Assembly: GCA_964016885.1 (NCBI GenBank)
Contig: OZ024742.1
Span: 20,708,001-20,772,000 of the forward strand
Direction of reading: 5' to 3'
Source of the DNA: Eledone cirrhosa
Lineage: Eukaryota
DNA: 64,000 bases
Both the position numbers and the translations under genes were made by a program. The notes below the pieces were generated by a model. The model saw only the letters and a program-made list of their open reading frames with translations. It made no database searches and had not been told where the DNA came from. Below, piece after piece: positions 57,071 through 64,000 of the stretch (its first letter is position 1; each line of letters starts with the position of its first letter).

Positions 57071-60000
57071 CTAGAGCCGCATGACCAGAGTAGGCCCACT
57101 CACATGAGCCATTCTCCCCACATTCACCCACCTTTCAGCAAATGTATTGGGGGGCAGCACTTCACTCTCCACGCTCACCTTACTTTCCAAGTGAAACTTG
57201 AAAAAGTTGAGGGATTGGCCGAAGAGAAAAGTGTCTGTCTTCAGTCCTTTCAACCTCGTCCACCATACAACCTCTTTTGCTACTGCCACCACACAGAGGA
57301 AAATTGCCTGCCCTTCCTGGCCAAAAGAAGGCGGCGTGTCGATCTTCACTATGCACACGGCCGATAGCCGGATCCGTTCTACCCGCGACAACAGCTGTTC
57401 AACATAACTCCACAAGTCAGTAATGCACGGACACTGGACGAGTGCGTGCATAACGGTTTCGTCGTTCTGCGCGCATCTCGGGCAGGTCCGTCTGACAGCA
57501 CTTCCGTGCCTGTAGAGTTTATTTCGAACCGGCAGTGCCCCCCGGTAGCACTGCCAAGCGAGGGTTTTTTGGAAATTATCCATCGTCCCCGGCTCGAAAG
57601 TCCTCCGGTACAGACTGGTTAGTTCGACTTCGTTGACTCCCAGAGCCTCTCCGAGTGCGTTGTCGCACTTACCCACCACTAATCCTCTATAGAACTCGAG
57701 AGTGGAAGTTCCACTGACCGCATTGCCAGACTGGTAGAGGGAAGTGAGTGCCTGGCAATATTCCAGATGCCAGTCACCCAGGCTCGGTCTCTTCTTGACC
57801 CAGGATTGCAACTCAGTCAAAGAAACGAGCTGCGGAAAGGCCCGTCTGACAAACGGCGAACACACTTGTTCACCGTTTAGGCAGAATATCTGGAGATGCC
57901 GCAGCCTCAGCGCGTGCCTGCGCATCATTAGCCACGGCATGCCCATCCCTCCACGTAGCGGGTGCTGGCAGCAGATGGACCAACTCATAATTGGAGTCTG
58001 ACCCTCCACAAGAATTTGAAGAGGAGCCGCTCCAAGATGGCGAGGCGCGAACGGAGGCAAGGGACGACAGTCAGACGGTAGTAGATGACGGGCGCGATGT
58101 ACGCTTCGCCACCTTCGCCCGACCTTTCAGTGATAGCTTCATCTGGGTGAGACTGACTAGCCTTCCCGTCACCTCGTCCCAATCCTTATCCACCTGGAGG
58201 TCTGGCCCGAACCAAATCCCTAGCAACTTTACCGGTCCGTCCGTCCAGCGCCTAACGACGCTGTTGGACGACATGGACTTGCCTCTCCAGCTGCCGAGTT
58301 GCAAGCACACTGACTTTTCCGTGTTAAGTTTTGCTCCCGTCAACCTTTCATATTCCTCCAATAAGTTTGCGGGTATCTCGATTTCTGAGGTGTCCGACAC
58401 CATCACGGTGATGTCGTCCGCATAAGCCGACACCGCCTTTCCGCGTCCCGGTTCGAGCGGGATGCCCTGCAACAGCTCCAGCTTCCGCAGTAAAGGCTCG
58501 AGAGTCAATACGTACAGAAGGGAGGAGAGAGGGCACCCTTGACGGACCGATCGGGAGACCTGACAAGGTTCCGAGAGGTGGCCATTAATTTTGACCATCG
58601 AGCAGGTGCCGCTGTGCATTGCAGCGATCCAGCTTCTGAAGACGGGGCCGAAGCCAGCCGCCTTGAGGACAGCCTCCAGGTACCGATGGTCGACCCTATC
58701 GAATGCTTTCGATTGAGCTAATTGATCAGAGCACCACCGAAGCCAGGTTTACACCCTACCCTCTCTATGATGTATCGTATTAGGTGGAGGTTGTCGTGTA
58801 TGGACCTGGTTGGGATTGCGCAAGTTTGCGCCTCCCCAACCAAATCCCCGACGACAAGCGCCAACCTCTTCGCTAACTCCCTGGCCAAAATCTTAAACTC
58901 TGTGTTGAGCAGAGTTATGGGCCTGAAATTGTCTAATGTGTCCCTCTTGTTCTCGTCTTTCCTTATCAGGGCCACTACGCCCCGGCTCACAGAACTGGGA
59001 ATACTCCCGTTTTGCTGCCAGTTGCAGTAGAGGGCTTCGAGGAGTTGGAGAACAAGTCTGGCATATTTACGTAAAGATCGTAGGGCAGGCATCCAAACCG
59101 GTGACTTGCGCCTCATGCAGCCGACAAGGGCATCCTGAATCTCGGCTGAAGTAATTGGCCTTTCGCAGCGCCCAGCGTCAGCCGTCGAGAGTTGCGGCAA
59201 GCCACCATCTCTGACCCGCCACCATCTCTGACCCGCCACTTCCCCCGAACAACCGAGCAAAAGGCCTCACACATCCGCTTGGAATCGCTCAGCTCGTACC
59301 CGTCTCGGGCCCATCGAACAGCTTTGGTTCCCTCGTTTCTCAGAGCACGCGCCTTAGCTCTGACAATGCAATCTTTCGGTTTCGCATTGAAGAAATGGTC
59401 TAATGCCATTCTCGCCGCGAGCACATCAGTTGCAATGCCACTACCAATAGCCTCGTCTAACTTATCTACCAACTCCCCCTCCTTTCTATTTTTCTCTAAT
59501 GCTACTTCTTTGCTAAACTCTATCGACATTACTCTATCTCTCTTGAGAGCCGTCCACTATCTGTTGTTGACGATTGCCCCTGTCAACTTTTTCTTAACTA
59601 AATTGTTGACCTGGTCCCTGTAAGCCTTACGTGCCGGAAATGACATGTTTAGCTTCCAGTAACCGGGTCCTAACCTACGCGTCTTATCTAGGTCGACCAT
59701 ACAGATCACAAACTTGTGATCTGAATAGGTGACCGTTTCAAAACGTGGACAGCTTACACTATTTCTGTCTATTTTCCTAATGAAAATCCTTTCTATATAC
59801 GATCTGGATGACCCTATGCGGTTAGCCCAGGTCCACACTGGCGCATTAGGGAAATCTAGTCGGTACCTGTCAGACAGTTGGAACTGGCTGATCAGATTCT
59901 TAAGGCTTTTGCACCCCCCGCTCCTATCGGATACTCCCACACAGTCCCAGCGTGCGTCTAAGATGTCGTTCCAGCCCCCGCTAACAGTAAAGAGCTAGAC

Positions 60001-60395
60001 GTACCCAGAAAGGCTTCCAGGCGTCTAAAGAAGTCCGGCCGTCCTGCCCCAGTAGGAGTATAGACGGCCACCAGTCTAAAGGCACCACCTTCATTATTGT
60101 TTACGTCCAGGACCACCAACTTCCCGTCCGGGTCCCGGAAGATCGACCTTACCTCGAGATCCAGGCCTTTCCTAAACACCACTGCCACCCCGCCTCCCAT
60201 TCCCGGACGGCTAACAGATGCAATGATCTGATAGTCGTCGAACATGGGGGCTAGTGCGCGTGTGTCGGAAATTCTGGTGTAGCTGACTGCAATTGCATCC
60301 ATTTCTATAGACCTGAGGTCGTTGAGCAGGTGACCCTGCTTCCAGGACGATCCCAGGCCTCGAACATTTAAACATCCTACTCTTAATACGGCCAT
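57071..60395 (-). pseudogene. Tx1 ORF2 (APE + RT + zinc finger), multiple frameshifts
   Basis: ORF pieces 59958-60395, 59557-59940, 59113-59529, 58718-59260, 58071-58619, 57985-58182 and 57071-58060. Confidence 0.9.
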
Positions 60396-60426
60396 GTTGG
60401 CAGGTTAAACAGAGAGAGAGGAAGGT

Positions 60427-62272
60427 TTACTTACCTTCCGGACTCTTGTGAAGGTCGGGTTGTTCGACCTCCATAGTTAGTGGGGTTTCTTTTAGGAACC
60501 TCTTTAAAAGTATTGGAGTGGGTTTGACATTCGGGGTTCCCACGTCCCGAGGAAAGCTGTTTCGCATTTCTTTGAATATGTCGAGCGACATTCGCACCAG
60601 AACCAAATCTTCCGGCACGCGAAATGTGCTCGACTTAAAAATTTCCCCTCTTTTTGTATATTTTCACTTCGTGCTACGAGGGCCATCAATTCCTTGTTGG
60701 CTCTCCTGACGAGCACGAAATTTTGTATGTTTTGTTGGTGTGATTTTATTTGTTTGCGTGGCTGTGGTGGTGATATGTTTTGGTGGTGTTTTTTCGGTTG
60801 TATCTGTGTTTGTTGTGAGTGCGGTGTCTGTGGTTTCAGATGTTTGTGTGTTTATTTGTTCTTGCGTCTGTTTCGGTTGTTTGCGTTTGTGGGATTCTGG
60901 TGATGGTGATGGTGGTGTTGATGTTGGTGTTATTGGAGAGATGTTTGCGTGGGTGGTGTCTGCGTTTTTTTATTGTGGGTGCTTTTGTGCTTTTTTGAGT
61001 TTTTTTTTCTTTTTGTGTTTCCTTTTTTGTATTTTGGGTGATTTTGGATTTCCCTCATTTTCACTACTGGTAGATGAGGGGTCTGTGTCTGTAAGTGTGT
61101 CTGTATGTATGTTTATGGTTTTATTGGTGTGTGTATTTTGGGGGGAGGGGGAATATGACTGCTTTCCTCGTTTCCCCCCTGGGTGGTCAATGTTGGTGGT
61201 GGTCTTTCTATTGGTGTTGTTGTTGGTGGTTTGCCGGTGCTGGTGTTGGTTGTGGTCCTCACCCCGGCGTCGGCAGCAGTGGAGCCTTTCGACCCCTTGC
61301 CTCTTTCAGCAGTTGAGGGCAGAAGGCTCGCAAATGGGTTTTTTCCCCACAAGCAAAACACTGCGGCCTTTTGCCTTCGGCCATAATGTGAATGACCGTC
61401 CCATTCTGAAGGCGAATGTGGTCCGGGATTGTCTTCACATTCTCGGGCCTGATCTGGAGAAGGATCTCCAGGTCAACCCAGGACCAGTCCTCTCTGGCCG
61501 TTCTGGTCACTTCTATAGGGACTGTATCCGTCCCCTCCACAATCACACATCCCAGAAGCCACCACATGTCAAGTCCTGGTGGGATTCTGGGAATGCGGAG
61601 ACGGGCCGTTCTTTTTCCCATGTTGGAGGGGTACATTATGACCTTGTTGGTTTTGCAAGGAGTCATAGCCTGTTTCATAGCGAGGGCTTCTGACTTGAAC
61701 AACACCGAAATGGTGCCGTACTGTCTGCCCCTCTCTATGTACTGGGTCTCTTCTCTGATACACCTTAGCGCGACTTCGACATCTTCTTGTGGGATTAAAG
61801 CTGCCCTTTTGGTTTGTGCTGAGATGCATCTATAATGCACCGTTTTGCGCTCCACTGCCTCAATAGCTTCTACCGGGACAGTTAAGTTGGCCCAAGTTTG
61901 CTCTTGCTTGATGAACTTCCATGCCTGGGCCAACTTTTCATCTTTGTTTGAGAGGTCCATGTTGAAGCATGGCTTCTTTTTTGCTGCTGCCGCAGCGAAA
62001 GTGTTCTTCTTGTTTTCGTTGGCGGTGTTGTTGTCGTTGTCGTTGTTCTTGTTGGTGTTGTTGTTAGCACTGTCGCTGTTATCATTGTTGTATTTGTTGC
62101 CACCATTGTTCTCGGTGCAGTTGGTATTGTTGCTGTTAGTGTTGTCGCTATTTGTTTTCATGTTAGTGGTGTTGATATTGTTGTTGTATTTGGGTTTTTT
62201 TTTTGTTATCTGTATTTTCGTTGTCGCTGTTACTGTCATTTCTTTCAAAATTAGAGTTCTCATTGGTATCAT
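60427..62272 (-). pseudogene. Tx1 ORF1 (gag-like, CCHC knuckle, Asn-rich N-terminus), frameshifted after ~61260
   Basis: ORF 61259-62272 with CX2CX4HX4C; Pro/Thr/Lys-rich continuation to about 60427. Confidence 0.8.
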
Positions 62273-62631
62273 TGGTGTCTTTGTTTACATTGTTTGTGGT
62301 GGTGTTTGTGTTATCAATGTGTGTTAATTTCGCTGTAGCGCTCCTCTCAACTTCTACGTCGTTGTCGCACGACAGCCGACATATCGCTGGGGGCGTGGCT
62401 CAGCCATGTTTTTTTTTCTTCGTAAATGTTTTAACATGTAAAAAAAAGTTCAAATATTTGGGCCAAAAGGCCCAAATATCATACTTTCCCCTTCACGGGG
62501 CAAAGTCTAAGGGCTTATATCCCTTACACAACAAGAAATATTTAACAACAAATAATTTTAACAGGCAAATAAAGCGATTTACTGTGAGCGAGCAAAATAC
62601 GTCCGCGTAGACCAATAATAATAATAATAAT

Positions 62632-64000
62632 GATTTCATTTATTAGCCACAAGGGCCGACATATAGGGGACAATACAAAGACAGGGACAGTGGGGATTTA
62701 CAATAAGGTCGAGTAAAATTGCACAATGGCAAGACTAATTTAACAATGAAGATATACAAATATAAAATAAACTATGCATAAACATAACAAAATAAATTCC
62801 CCGATAGGGGGTGGACGACCCTGGGGTGACTCGGGTACCCCACCAATCCTGAATCACCCTGCGCTTCTAGGGCACCCAGGGAGAGCACCCCTCTCCTCAA
62901 GTTAGCTAGCCGATAGGCGCATGGTCAGAGTAGGCCCATTCACACGAACTATTCTCGCCACATTCATCCACCTTTTAGCAAATGTACTGGGAAGGGGGGG
63001 GGGGGCAGCACCTCTACTCCACCCCACCTTCCTTTCCAGGTGAAACTTGAAGAAGTTGATGAGGGATTGGCCGAAGAGAAAAACGTCTGTCTTCAGTCCT
63101 TTTAACCTGGTCCACCATATAACCTCTTTCCCAACTGCCACCAGACAGAGGAAAATTACCTGCTCCTCCTGACCTAAGGAAGGTGGTGGGTCGATCTTCA
63201 CTACGGACTCGGCCGATAGCCGGATTCGTTCCACACGCGACAGTAGCTGTTCGACATAACTCCACAAGTCAGTAATGCACGGATATTGGACAAGTGCGTG
63301 CAGAACGGTTTCGTCGTTCTATGTGCATCTTGGGCAGGTCGGTCTGACAGCACTTCCGTGACTGTAGAGTTTGTCCCGAACCGGCAGTGCCCCCCGTTAG
63401 CACTGCCAAGTGAGGGATTTCTGGAAATTGTCCATCGTCCCCGGATCAAAAGTCTTCCGGTATAGACTGGTCAGTTCGACTTCGTCGAGGCCCAAAGCTT
63501 CTCCGAGTGCGTCATCGCACTTACCCACCACTAATCCTCTATAGAACTCGAGAGTGGAAGTTCCACTGATCGCATTGCCCGCTTGGTAGAGGGCAGTGAG
63601 TGCCTGGCAACATTCCAGGTGCCAGTCACCCAGTCTCGGTCTCTTCTTGACCCAGGACTGCAGCTTAGTCAAAGAAATGAGCTGCGGAAAGGCCCGTCTG
63701 ATAAACGGCGACCACACCTGTTCACCGTTGAGGCAGAATATCTGGAGATGTCGCAGCCTCAACGCATGTCTGCGCATCATTAGCCACGGCATGCCCAGCC
63801 ATCCGCGTAGTGGGTGCTGGCAGCAGATGGACTGCCTCACCAACGGAACTTGTCCTCTCCACAAGAATTTGAAGAGGAGCCGTTCCAACTTGATGAGGCG
63901 CGGACGGGGGCAAGGCACGACGGTCAGTCGGTAGTAGATGACGGACGCGATGTACGCATTCGCCACCTCCGCGAGAACTTTCAGCGATAGCTTCCTCCCA
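62632..64000 (-). mobile_element. Second Tx1-clade copy, 3' portion (continues beyond the window)
   Basis: ORFs 63397-63966 and 62902-63267 are homologous to 57071-58182; same 3' terminal ~55 nt; (AAT)6 at 62614-62631. Confidence 0.92.

Larger units (their letters stand above)
56794..62613 (-). mobile_element. Tx1-clade (L1 group) LINE, full length, disrupted, flanked by (AAT)n
   Basis: ORF1 with zinc knuckle CFACGEKTHLRAFC; ORF2 with APE (LNVRGL, SDH, GPGYWKLN), RT (NFRPITLLN, RQGCPLS, AYADD) and C-terminal CPRC..ET..H...C; AATAAA then (ATT)n tail. Confidence 0.92.

Noticed and set aside
60740-62610. Hydrophobic plus-strand ORFs resembling membrane proteins (60740-61693, 61845-62327)
   Set aside because: They are the antisense of the A/C-rich Tx1 ORF1; the same applies to antisense ORFs over the other LINEs.

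Overview
Eukaryotic (animal) AT-rich genomic DNA with no recognisable host protein-coding gene. It is dominated by retrotransposons nested in microsatellites; the repeat style suggests an invertebrate such as a cephalopod, which is inference only. Contents: (i) two RTE-clade LINEs (8.9-12.35 kb and 17.5-20.8 kb, minus strand) plus a probable non-autonomous RTE derivative in (CATA)n; (ii) Penelope-like elements (PLEs) in (TA)n arrays: a Neptune-like copy with inverted pseudo-LTRs, a near-intact Naiad-like copy with direct pseudo-LTRs, and several non-coding 'hairpin + tail' relatives, some with hammerhead-ribozyme motifs; (iii) a ~21 kb pile-up (42.4-64 kb) of two Dong/R4-clade families (RT + restriction-like endonuclease, plus strand) and two Tx1-clade L1-like elements (minus strand), almost all joined through (TAA)n; (iv) about 12 copies of one tRNA-derived SINE, older SINEs, a CR1/L2 fragment and a hAT-type MITE. 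The most notable observation is that the SINE 3' end and the Tx1 3' end share a CUUGU-loop hairpin, a 13-nt spacer and an (ATT)n tail, suggesting a microsatellite-targeting Tx1 LINE/SINE partnership. Most short ORFs in the supplied track are microsatellite or antisense artefacts. Coordinates were read by eye and may be off by a few bases.
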